Of a stretch of DNA of 64,000 nucleotides, positions 17,936 through 27,160 are shown one piece after another. How positions within the stretch are numbered: the stretch's first letter is position 1; each line of letters opens with the position of its first letter. The translations under genes were made by a program, and so were the position numbers. This DNA is from Verrucomicrobiales bacterium (GTDB lineage: Bacteria; Verrucomicrobiota; Verrucomicrobiia; Verrucomicrobiales; V1-33). Under the pieces are notes generated by a model. It was not told the origin of the DNA and did not search any database. It saw nothing but the letters and a program-made list of their open reading frames with translations. The stretch spans positions 1,576 to 65,575 of the forward strand of contig JAGNEJ010000015.1 in assembly GCA_018003315.1 (NCBI GenBank), given 5' to 3'.

Positions 17936-20900
17936 ATGAATTCGATGACTTTGCCCGAATCGCTCGTCGCCCAGATGCGTTCGTATGAACGCCGGTTGAA
18001 GCGCACGGAAACCGGACTGGCGGTCGCCGGAGGTCTGGCGGGGTTGTTTGCCACCTATGTGGTGCTGTTTCTGGTGGAGCGCTGGATGGGTGTTCCCCTG
18101 GTGTGGCGGGCCGGACTGCTGGCCGTGGGAGCGCTGGCCGCCGCGTGGTTTGCCAAAGGCTGGGCGCGCAACTGGCTGTGGAACCGGCGCGGTCCGGCCG
18201 AACTGGCAAAAATCCTCGGGCGTCATTTCCGCTCGCTCAGCGACCGCCTGCAGGGAGTCATCGAACTGGCCAATGCCACGGAACTGCCGCCTAACGTCTC
18301 CCCGGCGCTCTGCCGGGCGGCGATCGCCCAGGTGGCGCAGGAGTCCGCAGGGCATGACTTCACCAAAGCCATTCCCACCCGTGAGCCGCGGCGGTGGGCG
18401 GTCGCCGCAGCGGTGGTGCTGGGGCTCATGGCGGTCGCTTTTGCACTGGTTCCCAAAGCCGCCACCAACACCCTGCAGCGCTGGGTGCTTTCGAATGTGG
18501 ACCGCTACACCTTTGCCAGTCTGGAACAAATGGACCAGACGCTCTACGTCGCCCACGGCGAGCCGTTTGAGGTGGCGCTGGGACTGAAGAGAGATTCCGT
18601 TTGGAAGCCCGGCATGGCCGCGGCGCGGATCGACCGGCAGGAGAAGTTGGAAGTGGCCTTTGAAGACGGCAAAGCCGTGCTGAAACTGCCCGGTCAGGTG
18701 CAGGACGGCACGCTGTCGCTGCGCGTGGGGGACGCCACCCGCGACATTGCCATTCGTCCGCTGCACCGTCCGGAAATGAAGCAACTGGTGGCAAAGGTCG
18801 AGCCGCCCGCGTATCTCGGACACCCGGCATTTGATCAAAAAGTGCAGGGCGGACTGACGGAATTGCTGGAAGGAAGCTGGGTGCGGTTTTCCGGCACCAT
18901 TGGCCGGGATGTCGGCACTGCCGAAATGGAAGCACCGGGCATGCCGCGCATCACCAAATGGAACCAAGCCACATTCCTGACGGCGCCCCGCCTGGCGGAT
19001 GAAATCGAAGGCCCAGTGACCCTCAAATGGTCGGACCGCCACGGCTTGAAGCCCGCCCAGCCCTACGTGCTGAAAGTGGCCACCACGCGGGATCTTGAAC
19101 CCAAGGTGGAGTTCAAGGACCTCGAACCGGAAGTGGCCATCCTGGCCCACGAGGTTCTGAAGCTGAACCTCGCCGCTTCCGACGACTATGGCATCAAGGA
19201 AACGTGGGTGCATTGGGATGTGCGCCCTGCCAGCGGCGAAGAAAAAAAGATTCTCGCCACCGGTGAACTGCCCCGCCAGCCCGGAGCCGCCCAGGCAAAG
19301 GAAGTCGCCGCCACCATCGACTGGTCGCCGCTGTGGCACCGGATTCCAGAGGACACCATGGTGGAACTGACGGGAAATGCCCTCGACTACTTTCCCGGAC
19401 GCAAACCGTCCGCCTCCTGGAAGCACACCATCTGGGTCATGAGTGCCGCCAAACATGCGGAGAAACTGCGGGAGCGCATGGACACCGTGCTCAAACAGCT
19501 CGACGACCGCATCCGGGACGAGGAGCGGCAACTGGAGGAAAACAAGGAAATTTCCGAGCGGAAGGAAAACGAGCCCACGGAAAAGACCGCGGAGGACATC
19601 CGCAAAGTCGAGGCCGGGGAACGGCAGAACGAGGATCAACTGCAAAAACTGGCGCAGGAGATGGAGGGAGTGATGAAGGATGCCCTGCGCAACAAGGAAG
19701 TCCCCGAATCCACCCTGGGCGAATGGCAGGATCTGCAGAAAAAGTTGCAGCAGGAAGCCTCGCCCGAAATGCAGCAGGCCGCCCAAAAGATGCAGCAGGC
19801 GGCGGATTCTCCGCAGCAGGAGCAGCGGCAGCAGGAAATGGCCAAGGCCATGGACAGCCAGCAGAAGGCGCTCGATGCCATGAAGGAGGCGGCGAACAAA
19901 ATGAACGAAGTCAACGAAAACATGTATGCGCGGAATTTTTACAACCGCCTGCGCCAGGCCGCGCAAAACGAGATGAGCGTGTCCGAGCGGCTGAAAAAAC
20001 TGGCCAAGGACACCGCAGGCCTGCGGGCCGCGGAAATCCAGGAAGCGCACCGGAAGGACTTTCAAGGGGTGGCGGGAACGCAGGATTCAAACACCCTGGA
20101 AGTCGAGGGCATCTACCATGACATGGGCGCGTTCGTCACCCGGGTTCCCAATGAGAAATACCAGGCGGTCCACAAGGAAATGGAGGAGAAAAAAGTGGTG
20201 GGGGCGCTGGGGGAACTCGCCTCGTTTGTCAGGGACAACCTCGGACTGAAATCCGTAGGCCAGGCCAAGCTGTGGGGCAAACAACTGGAGGACTGGGCGG
20301 CGATGCTGCAGGACGAAAGCCAGGGCGGCGGCAGCGGCGGCGGCGGGGAAATCCCTCCGGAAGTCATGAAGCTGATGATCGGCATGGTGCGCGCCGCCCA
20401 GGCTCAGGACACCATTCGCGAGCAGACCGAATCCCTGGAAAATCGGCAGTGGACCAGCCGGAGATACGGCGAAGATGTTTCCAAGGTGGCAGACCTGCAG
20501 GCAGAACTGGCCGGGACCATCAACAAACTGAAAACGGAAACGCCGGTGGAAGAAGCCAAGCCGCTGCTTGGCGAGGTGGAGAAGCTGATGAAAGGCGTGT
20601 CGATGGAATTGCGCTCGCCGAAAACGGACAAAGACACCGTCGCCACCCAGGGAGCGATCATTGAGTTGCTGGTTCCGCCCGATAAAAAAAGCAGCAGCAG
20701 TTCCTCCCAGATGATGGCGAAAATGCAGCAGCAGATGCAGCAGATGATGGCCAAGGCCTCCAAGCCCGGACGCAACAACGGCAAATACGCCAGCAATCTG
20801 TCAGGCGAAACCGCCCAGGGACCTGCGGTGAAGGACAAGGCCAACGCCCGCAGTGTGGACAAATCCGGCGGAGCAGCCAGCGCCGGGGAATGGCCGGAGG

Positions 20901-20956
20901 AGTTCAAGGACCAACTCCAGGCCTATTTTCAAAATCTGGAGGCTGGAAAGAAATGA
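17936..20956 (+). CDS. large membrane-anchored protein with long Glu/Lys/Gln-rich coiled-coil region (DUF4175-like)
   Basis: ORF 17546..20956 trimmed to MNSMTLPESL; an upstream in-frame ATG is possible. There are two to three N-terminal TM helices, a central beta-rich region, about 330 aa of E/K/Q-rich heptad-like sequence, and a C-terminal ...EWPEEFKDQLQAYFQNLE. The family assignment is from memory. Confidence 0.7.
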   Translation: MNSMTLPESLVAQMRSYERRLKRTETGLAVAGGLAGLFATYVVLFLVERWMGVPLVWRAGLLAVGALAAAWFAKGWARNWLWNRRGPAELAKILGRHFRSLSDRLQGVIELANATELPPNVSPALCRAAIAQVAQESAGHDFTKAIPTREPRRWAVAAAVVLGLMAVAFALVPKAATNTLQRWVLSNVDRYTFASLEQMDQTLYVAHGEPFEVALGLKRDSVWKPGMAAARIDRQEKLEVAFEDGKAVLKLPGQVQDGTLSLRVGDATRDIAIRPLHRPEMKQLVAKVEPPAYLGHPAFDQKVQGGLTELLEGSWVRFSGTIGRDVGTAEMEAPGMPRITKWNQATFLTAPRLADEIEGPVTLKWSDRHGLKPAQPYVLKVATTRDLEPKVEFKDLEPEVAILAHEVLKLNLAASDDYGIKETWVHWDVRPASGEEKKILATGELPRQPGAAQAKEVAATIDWSPLWHRIPEDTMVELTGNALDYFPGRKPSASWKHTIWVMSAAKHAEKLRERMDTVLKQLDDRIRDEERQLEENKEISERKENEPTEKTAEDIRKVEAGERQNEDQLQKLAQEMEGVMKDALRNKEVPESTLGEWQDLQKKLQQEASPEMQQAAQKMQQAADSPQQEQRQQEMAKAMDSQQKALDAMKEAANKMNEVNENMYARNFYNRLRQAAQNEMSVSERLKKLAKDTAGLRAAEIQEAHRKDFQGVAGTQDSNTLEVEGIYHDMGAFVTRVPNEKYQAVHKEMEEKKVVGALGELASFVRDNLGLKSVGQAKLWGKQLEDWAAMLQDESQGGGSGGGGEIPPEVMKLMIGMVRAAQAQDTIREQTESLENRQWTSRRYGEDVSKVADLQAELAGTINKLKTETPVEEAKPLLGEVEKLMKGVSMELRSPKTDKDTVATQGAIIELLVPPDKKSSSSSSQMMAKMQQQMQQMMAKASKPGRNNGKYASNLSGETAQGPAVKDKANARSVDKSGGAASAGEWPEEFKDQLQAYFQNLEAGKK

Positions 20957-22008
20957 ACCACCGGTCCCACCCACCCGCCGCCACCCGGCTAATGCAGATT
21001 TTCCGCGCGACAGGAACGGCACTCAGTGTGGCGGCCGCCCTGCTGCTGGCTGTTGGTCCAGTCACGCCGGGCGTGGCGCAGGATTTGAAAGTGTACCGCG
21101 GCACCCAGGTTCCGCCGGAAGTCGAACGCATCTACACCAAAGGCCTGCGCTTCCTGGTGCAGAACCAGAACGAGGACGGAAGTTTCCCTGGAAACTACGG
21201 CAATGAGCCGGCCATCGTCGCCCTGGGAATGATGGCTATGCTGGCCCACGGGGAAGATCCCAACTTCGGACCCTACGCCAAACCGATCAAACGATGCCTG
21301 GAAAAAATCTTCAACAGCATTGCCAAGGACAACGGCTACATCGGCACTTCGATGTACAATCACGGCTTCGGCACCCTGGCGCTGGCGGAGGCCTACGGCC
21401 AGGTCAATGACGACCGCATCGCCCCGGCCCTGCAGAAGGCGGTGGAGCTGATCCTCACATCGCAGTCGAAAAACCCCTTCAAGGCGTGGCGCTATTCCCC
21501 GGAATCGCAGGATGCGGATTCCACGGTGAGCGGCGCCTGCTTTGTCGCGCTGGTCGCGGCGCGCAATGCCGGTCTGAAGGTTCCTGACAAAACCATCGAC
21601 GATTCCCTGAAATTCTATTCCGACTGCCAGACTCCCTCCGGAGACATTGGTTATGTGCCGCGTTCCGGCAGCCACGGCGGCTCCACCACCGCCATCGGCA
21701 CTGCCGTTTACGCCTACGCCCGGAAAAAGGACCTGCCCACGTTCCAGAAGGCGTTCAAGGCCATGAAGGCCGCCGGGGACGAAGGGTCCAGCTATCCTTA
21801 CTATTTTGAGTACTACGCAGCGCAGGCGTATTTCCAGAGCGACGTGAAGGAATGGAGCGTCTGGAACGACAAGCTGGTGAAGCGCTTCGCAGAGGTGCAG
21901 TCGGATGACGGAAGTTTCGAGGGAGGCATGGGGCCGGCGATGTCCACGGTCATGGGGCTGCTGGCCCTGGCGCTCAACTATCGTTACCTGCCCATCTATG
22001 AACGCTAA
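20953..22008 (+). CDS. prenyltransferase/squalene-oxidase-repeat (terpenoid-cyclase-like alpha/alpha toroid) protein, exported
   Basis: Start overlaps the previous stop (ATGA). Signal-like segment ALSVAAALLLAVGPVTPGVAQD. Motifs QNQNEDGSFPG and QSDDGSFEG resemble QW/prenyltransferase repeats. Confidence 0.65.
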   Translation: MNHRSHPPAATRLMQIFRATGTALSVAAALLLAVGPVTPGVAQDLKVYRGTQVPPEVERIYTKGLRFLVQNQNEDGSFPGNYGNEPAIVALGMMAMLAHGEDPNFGPYAKPIKRCLEKIFNSIAKDNGYIGTSMYNHGFGTLALAEAYGQVNDDRIAPALQKAVELILTSQSKNPFKAWRYSPESQDADSTVSGACFVALVAARNAGLKVPDKTIDDSLKFYSDCQTPSGDIGYVPRSGSHGGSTTAIGTAVYAYARKKDLPTFQKAFKAMKAAGDEGSSYPYYFEYYAAQAYFQSDVKEWSVWNDKLVKRFAEVQSDDGSFEGGMGPAMSTVMGLLALALNYRYLPIYER

Positions 22009-24946
22009 CCGGACCCTGCTGGCTGCGGGAATGCTGTTGGTGATCGGTGCGCCGGGTGCATTCACCGCGGCAGCGCAAAACATCGCCGAAGGGATCGGGG
22101 CGGGAATCGCAGTCGCCATCGAACGGAAACCCGTCCCTGGGCCGGTGATCTTCCTCCCGGAAAACGGGCGGGTGCGGGCAGCGCGCCAAGCGGGGGCCGA
22201 AGACGGCCTGGTCATTGTGGGCGCTGGTCCGAAGCCGAAACCATTCAAGCGCGACAACCTTCCCTTCGACGCAGCGGGCGGGCACCTGCTCGAATTGGTG
22301 GACGGTTCCATGCTCCATGGCACCGTGGAGTCCATTTCGGCGACCGAGGTGGTCGTGAAGCGTTCAGATGCCTCCGCCCCCATCATTCTCCCGGTCGGCA
22401 TGCTTTCCCGGATCGTCTTCGACAATGCGGGCGATCCCCAAGCCGCACCGCCGCATTCGACCGTTCAGTTCCGCTCCGGGGACTGGATGGCTGCCGATGT
22501 GCCGCTGCTGAAGGATGGAAAAGCAGAGGTGAGGATCGGCACGCGCCGAATGACGATCGACCAGTCAAAAATCGATTGGATTTCCTTTTCCGAAGGGAAG
22601 GCGCCGGACGTATTCGTCGGGCCGGACTCGCTGGATGGCTGGACCACCGGCGCTCCCTGGAGCCTCAAGGATGGAGTGCTGCTCACCAGGAAGATCGGCA
22701 ACATTGGACGGAATTTTACCGCGGTGCCCGACCGCATCGACATGCAGTGGGAGATGGCCCCAGGGGAAGTGCAGCGCAACTTCATGTTCAGCTTCAACTA
22801 CAGTCGGCACGGACCGCAGGGCATTGTCGGCAATGCCTGGACGCAGGTGCGCTTCAACGAAGGACAACTGTATCTTTACACAGCCACGCAGAACAAGAAC
22901 CGAAACTTCAGCATTGACCTTCCGCGCGTCGCGATCCGGAAGGCGGAGGACGGAAAAATGCATTACCGTGTGGTGCATGACCGAACTGGAGGACGCCTGG
23001 CGGTTTTTGTGAACGGGCGGAAGATCACGGACCAGAAGGTCCCGCCAATGGCCGCCGGGAACTGGTCGGGAATGATGAATTTCCAGCCCATGCGCTGGAG
23101 CAGCGATGCCCAGTGGGAAATCTCCAAAATTCGCATGCAGCCATGGGACGGGTGGATGCCATCGGACAGAGCCCCGGACGCTCCGAACCGGCTGGATTTG
23201 CTCAGCCTGGCCGACGGCACGGTGAAACCAGGGCGGATCGAATCGCTGCTGGGCGGCGTATTGAATTTCAAGTCGGCCACCGGGCTGGAAGCCATCCCGC
23301 GCAGCAGGATGGCCATGCTGCGGCTGCGCAAAGCCGCGGAGGCACCCGCCCCCGAAGCCGCCAGCGGCCCGCGCCTGCTGCTGGCAGACCGCGGTGAATG
23401 GAAGTTGCTATCCCTGCTGCTGAAGGATGGGGTTTTCCAGCTCTCCACGGGGTTTGCCGGCGAAATTTCGCTGCCAAACGCGGCGGTCCACGCCCTGGTT
23501 TTTTCCAATCCGGTTCCTGACAAAATCGAACCGGCGGACCGCCTGGTTTTCAAAAACGGCGACCAGTTGCGCGGGGAGCTGGAAGGCGCTGGGACGGGAC
23601 AGCCGGTGGGCTGGAAACTGCCCAATGGCAGCCGCATCCAATTCGGCACCAAGCGCCTCGGCGGGATTCTGCTGACCGGGCGCGACGGCGCTCCGCAGGC
23701 GGCGGAGACGGACATGGTGCTGCGTTTCCGCAACGGCGACTGGCTGGGCGGCAGCCTGGTGGGCATTGACCGGCAGGGGATCAAATTTCAAACCGCCTTC
23801 GCCCGGGAAATCACGGTCGAACGCCCGCGGGTGCAGTCACTCTATCTTTCCAAACCGGGAGAACGTCCGGTCTGGGAAGGAGCCGATGATCCCGAAGGCT
23901 GGTGGAAAGGCACCTTCGGCCCGAACCAGGGATGGTTTTCATCCGGAGGAGAACCGCCGACAGGCCCCCGCGCCAGCATCTATCTGGACGGCTCCTATCT
24001 GCTGCCTGGGCAAAATGGCAACCAGAGCGGGATCGGACGCCTGCTGGAGAATCTGCCTGAGCGCGTGGAAGTGTCCTTTGAAGCCGCCGCGGAACGGGGA
24101 GCCCCGGCATTCAGCCTGCAGTTGTTCTACGCCAAACAAGGCAACACCGGCCTGATGGTCCAGATCTGGCAGGGAGGCATGTATGTGTATGACATGGAAC
24201 CACAGCCCAAAGGGGGCCGCGGAATGTGGGGCAACCAGCCAGTGCAGGTACAGTGGAAGGACAAGGTGAATCCCAATGCCCGGAAGCATGTCTTCCGCAT
24301 TTTCGCCGACCGCAAGGCGCGCCGGGCCGCATTTTTTGTGGATGGCGTCCAGGTTGCCCAGTTCACCCGCAGGGGGCCGAAAGCGGAAAAGGAAAGCGAG
24401 GCTTCCCCGTGGGGCACCGGCATTTCCCTGCATCCGCAAAATGCCAACCAACTGATGATTTTTTCCAACCTGTGGATTTCTCCATGGAACGGCCAGATGC
24501 CGTCCACGGCTCAAAAAGAACCGGTGGAAACCGTCTCCCTGGCCAACGGGGATGAAGCCATGGCGGAAGTGGTTTCCGCCACCGCACGGAATTTTCAGTT
24601 GCGTTTCGAAGGGGAACCGCTGGAACTTCCCCGCGAGCGCATTGTCATGATCGATTTCGGCGGTGTGAAAAATCTCGAACCCAAGGTTCCCGCTGTCGCG
24701 GAACCGGCAGGAGAGGTCCAACCCGCAGCGGAACCTTCCCCGGCACTGCGCCTGCGTTTCGCCAAAGGGGGCACCATTTGCGTGGAGGCGATGCGCATTG
24801 AGAATGGGGAAGTCGTCTGCAGCAGTCCCAATTTCGGGGAACTCAAACTCCCCCTCGCCTCGTTCAGGGAAATCGTCTGGAACCGGCTCGACAGCCTGAT
24901 CGATGAAGCCCCGCCGTCCCGCCCCAGCCGTCGTGCGGAAAAATAA
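21998..24946 (+). CDS. exported hypothetical protein (8 copies of a ~42-aa module plus two lectin/LamG-like regions)
   Basis: ORF 21905..24946 trimmed to MNANRTLLAAGMLLVIGAPGAFTAAAQ, overlapping the previous gene by 11 nt. The repeated module has the pattern L.F.NGD.L.G.L......I.F......I.L....V..I.F. Confidence 0.75.
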   Translation: MNANRTLLAAGMLLVIGAPGAFTAAAQNIAEGIGAGIAVAIERKPVPGPVIFLPENGRVRAARQAGAEDGLVIVGAGPKPKPFKRDNLPFDAAGGHLLELVDGSMLHGTVESISATEVVVKRSDASAPIILPVGMLSRIVFDNAGDPQAAPPHSTVQFRSGDWMAADVPLLKDGKAEVRIGTRRMTIDQSKIDWISFSEGKAPDVFVGPDSLDGWTTGAPWSLKDGVLLTRKIGNIGRNFTAVPDRIDMQWEMAPGEVQRNFMFSFNYSRHGPQGIVGNAWTQVRFNEGQLYLYTATQNKNRNFSIDLPRVAIRKAEDGKMHYRVVHDRTGGRLAVFVNGRKITDQKVPPMAAGNWSGMMNFQPMRWSSDAQWEISKIRMQPWDGWMPSDRAPDAPNRLDLLSLADGTVKPGRIESLLGGVLNFKSATGLEAIPRSRMAMLRLRKAAEAPAPEAASGPRLLLADRGEWKLLSLLLKDGVFQLSTGFAGEISLPNAAVHALVFSNPVPDKIEPADRLVFKNGDQLRGELEGAGTGQPVGWKLPNGSRIQFGTKRLGGILLTGRDGAPQAAETDMVLRFRNGDWLGGSLVGIDRQGIKFQTAFAREITVERPRVQSLYLSKPGERPVWEGADDPEGWWKGTFGPNQGWFSSGGEPPTGPRASIYLDGSYLLPGQNGNQSGIGRLLENLPERVEVSFEAAAERGAPAFSLQLFYAKQGNTGLMVQIWQGGMYVYDMEPQPKGGRGMWGNQPVQVQWKDKVNPNARKHVFRIFADRKARRAAFFVDGVQVAQFTRRGPKAEKESEASPWGTGISLHPQNANQLMIFSNLWISPWNGQMPSTAQKEPVETVSLANGDEAMAEVVSATARNFQLRFEGEPLELPRERIVMIDFGGVKNLEPKVPAVAEPAGEVQPAAEPSPALRLRFAKGGTICVEAMRIENGEVVCSSPNFGELKLPLASFREIVWNRLDSLIDEAPPSRPSRRAEK

Positions 24947-24993
24947 CGGGCGGGCGGCGCAACGCGTGCTCCAACCCGACCATGATCGCCGGC

Positions 24994-25677
24994 TTACTTT
25001 TTGTCGGCGGCTTTCCCGGAAGGCTTCTTCCCAGTCTCTGCGGCGGGTTTTACCGTGACCGATTCGATGACCACCTGCTCCTTGGGCATGTTCTGGGCGG
25101 GGATTTCCACCAGGCCATCCGGCGTCCGGGCCACGATCGAGCCGACGTGCACTTCCACGGCGGCGATCGCATCGACCACGTCCATGCCCTTGATGACCTT
25201 GCCGAACACCGCATAGCCGTCGGGCGACACCGCCTCCGGGTCGCCCAGATTCAGTTTGTTGTTGTTCACCGTATTGATGAAAAACTGGCTGGTGGCGCTG
25301 TCCTTTGCCCGGGTCCGGGCCATGGCCAGCGTGCCGCGGGCGTTTTTCAGTCCGTTGTCCGCCTCGTTCTTGATCGGCTCTGCCACCTCTTTCTGCTCGG
25401 TCTTGCCATCCTTCTGCGCAAAGCCGCCGCCTTGAATCATGAAATCCCGGATGACGCGGTGGAATACCGTGCCGTGGTAGTGCTTTTTCTCCGCATACGC
25501 CAGGAAGTTGGCCACCGTGACCGGCGCCTTGTCGGCAAAGAGTTCGGCGAGGATCACCCCCTTGCTGGTTTTGATTTCCACCACCGGGTTCGGTTTGGCG
25601 GACGGAACGGAATCAGCGGCACCGCCAACCAGGGCGGAACCGAACAGGCAGAAGGCGGCGAGGAAGAATCGCTTCAT
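24994..25677 (-). CDS. peptidylprolyl isomerase (cyclophilin type), exported
   Basis: FHRVIRDFMIQGGGF and GTLAMARTRAKDSATSQFFIN motifs. Signal peptide MKRFFLAAFCLFGSALVGGAA. Confidence 0.9.
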   Translation of the reverse strand: MKRFFLAAFCLFGSALVGGAADSVPSAKPNPVVEIKTSKGVILAELFADKAPVTVANFLAYAEKKHYHGTVFHRVIRDFMIQGGGFAQKDGKTEQKEVAEPIKNEADNGLKNARGTLAMARTRAKDSATSQFFINTVNNNKLNLGDPEAVSPDGYAVFGKVIKGMDVVDAIAAVEVHVGSIVARTPDGLVEIPAQNMPKEQVVIESVTVKPAAETGKKPSGKAADKK

Positions 25678-25697
25678 GGTGTGGATTCGGAATGATG

Positions 25698-26384
25698 TCA
25701 GGATTGCGGGACGAGGGAGATGGATTCGATGAGGATTTTTTTGACCGGCACATCCTGGCTGGGCTGATCCTGGATCTGTCCGCCCGGCAGCCGGGCCTTC
25801 AGCGTCTGCGTGCCGGTGGGCGACTGTTCAATTTTGTCCACGACCGCCATGCCGGAAATGACTTTGCCGAACACCGCATAGCCGTCGGGGGACACCGCCT
25901 GCGGATCACCCAGGTTCAGCTTGCCGTTGTTGGCTGTATTGATGAAAAACTGGCTGGTGGCGCTGTGAGGATCGTTGGTGCGGGCCATGGCCAGGGTGCC
26001 GCGATGGTTTTTCAGCCGGTTGCCGGCTTCGTTGACCACGGGTGGATCGGTCGCTTTCTCCACAAAGTTTCCGTTCTGATTCTCGAATCCCCCTCCCTGC
26101 ACCATGAAGCCTTTGATGACGCGGTGGAAGATCGTGTTGTCATAGTGTTTTTTCCCCACATAGCTCAGGAAGTTCTCCACCGTCTTGGGGGACTGTTCCT
26201 TGAACAGCTCTGCGCGAATGATCCCCTCGGAAGTTTTGATTTCCACCACGGGATCGCCCGCATGTTCCAGGGGCAGGGGTTCACCCGCAGCGGCTGGACT
26301 CGCGGCGGCGGGTTTTTCTTTGGGCGAACAGCCGCCGAGTCCGGCGACCGCCAGCAGCAGGAAGGAACGGAAAGGAAATTTCAT
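25698..26384 (-). CDS. peptidylprolyl isomerase (cyclophilin type), lipoprotein signal
   Basis: ORF 25698..26477 trimmed to MKFPFRSFLLLAVAGLGGCS (lipobox-like). FHRVIKGFMVQGGGF and GTLAMARTNDPHSATSQFFIN motifs. Confidence 0.9.
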   Translation of the reverse strand: MKFPFRSFLLLAVAGLGGCSPKEKPAAASPAAAGEPLPLEHAGDPVVEIKTSEGIIRAELFKEQSPKTVENFLSYVGKKHYDNTIFHRVIKGFMVQGGGFENQNGNFVEKATDPPVVNEAGNRLKNHRGTLAMARTNDPHSATSQFFINTANNGKLNLGDPQAVSPDGYAVFGKVISGMAVVDKIEQSPTGTQTLKARLPGGQIQDQPSQDVPVKKILIESISLVPQS

Positions 26385-26473
26385 GGCAGGAAAGTGGCAG
26401 CGAAAACCGGTGCCTGGAAACTGGAATTTTGCAACCTCCGCGTGCGCTGCGGCACAACCGCCGGGAGCATGAA

Positions 26474-27025
26474 TCACGGGTTCGCAAAGAATTTCTGAAA
26501 CGCCAGGCTGGCCTCGTAGTAGGTGGCGGCCTCCAGCGAAAAATGCTCGTGTCCCTCCGCCGTGTGCAGGTGTTTGCTATTGAAGCGCTGCATGAAGCTC
26601 AATGTTTTGACGTTGTCGGTCATGGTGCGGAAAAACGCCGTGGGGCAGCGCAGCTGGAAAAAGCCGAAATCGAAGGAAGCCAGCCAGCTTGCCATGGCCG
26701 CCCAGGCTGGAGCGTCGGGTGCGGCAATCCAACTGCCCCAGGTGAAATGCTGGGCGGGCACCACTTCGTAGATGCGGAACAAGACGGCGGCACGTCCAGT
26801 CTCCGCATCATCCAGCCTGAAATAATAGTCCTCCCCGCGGGAATGACGTGCCTGATAGGCCTCCAGCCAGGCTCGCTGGGCGTCCACATCGCCGGAGGTA
26901 TGGCCGAGAAACCGCCTGGCGCGCGGTTGGGAGCGCAGTTCCACGACCAAGGCCGCATCGGCGACGGTGACGGGCCGCAGGATGCCATTTTTCAGGCGGC
27001 GGGGTTCGGTTGGAAGCTCGGCCAT
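26474..27025 (-). CDS. GNAT-family N-acetyltransferase (RimJ/RimL-like)
   Basis: 183 aa. N-terminal LRPVTVADAALVVELRSQP...RFL is typical of the Acetyltransf_3/GNAT group. Assignment is by overall pattern only. Confidence 0.6.
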   Translation of the reverse strand: MAELPTEPRRLKNGILRPVTVADAALVVELRSQPRARRFLGHTSGDVDAQRAWLEAYQARHSRGEDYYFRLDDAETGRAAVLFRIYEVVPAQHFTWGSWIAAPDAPAWAAMASWLASFDFGFFQLRCPTAFFRTMTDNVKTLSFMQRFNSKHLHTAEGHEHFSLEAATYYEASLAFQKFFANP

Positions 27026-27160
27026 GAAGGGAGGAATTGCCTGCCGCGCCTATACAGGCGTTCTGCGTCCTGGCCAATCGTTTCCAAGTCCGGCAGTGCG
27101 GAATTTCCGGTCGCGGCGGGCGTTGCATCTGCGGTCGGTTGCCGCTACAGGTCGCCTCCC

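Noticed and set aside
17840-20065. 741-aa minus-strand ORF
   Set aside because: It is a shadow of the 17936..20956 coiled-coil gene. The repetitive L/F/G/H/R composition mirrors the antisense of GAG/AAG/CAG-rich codons.
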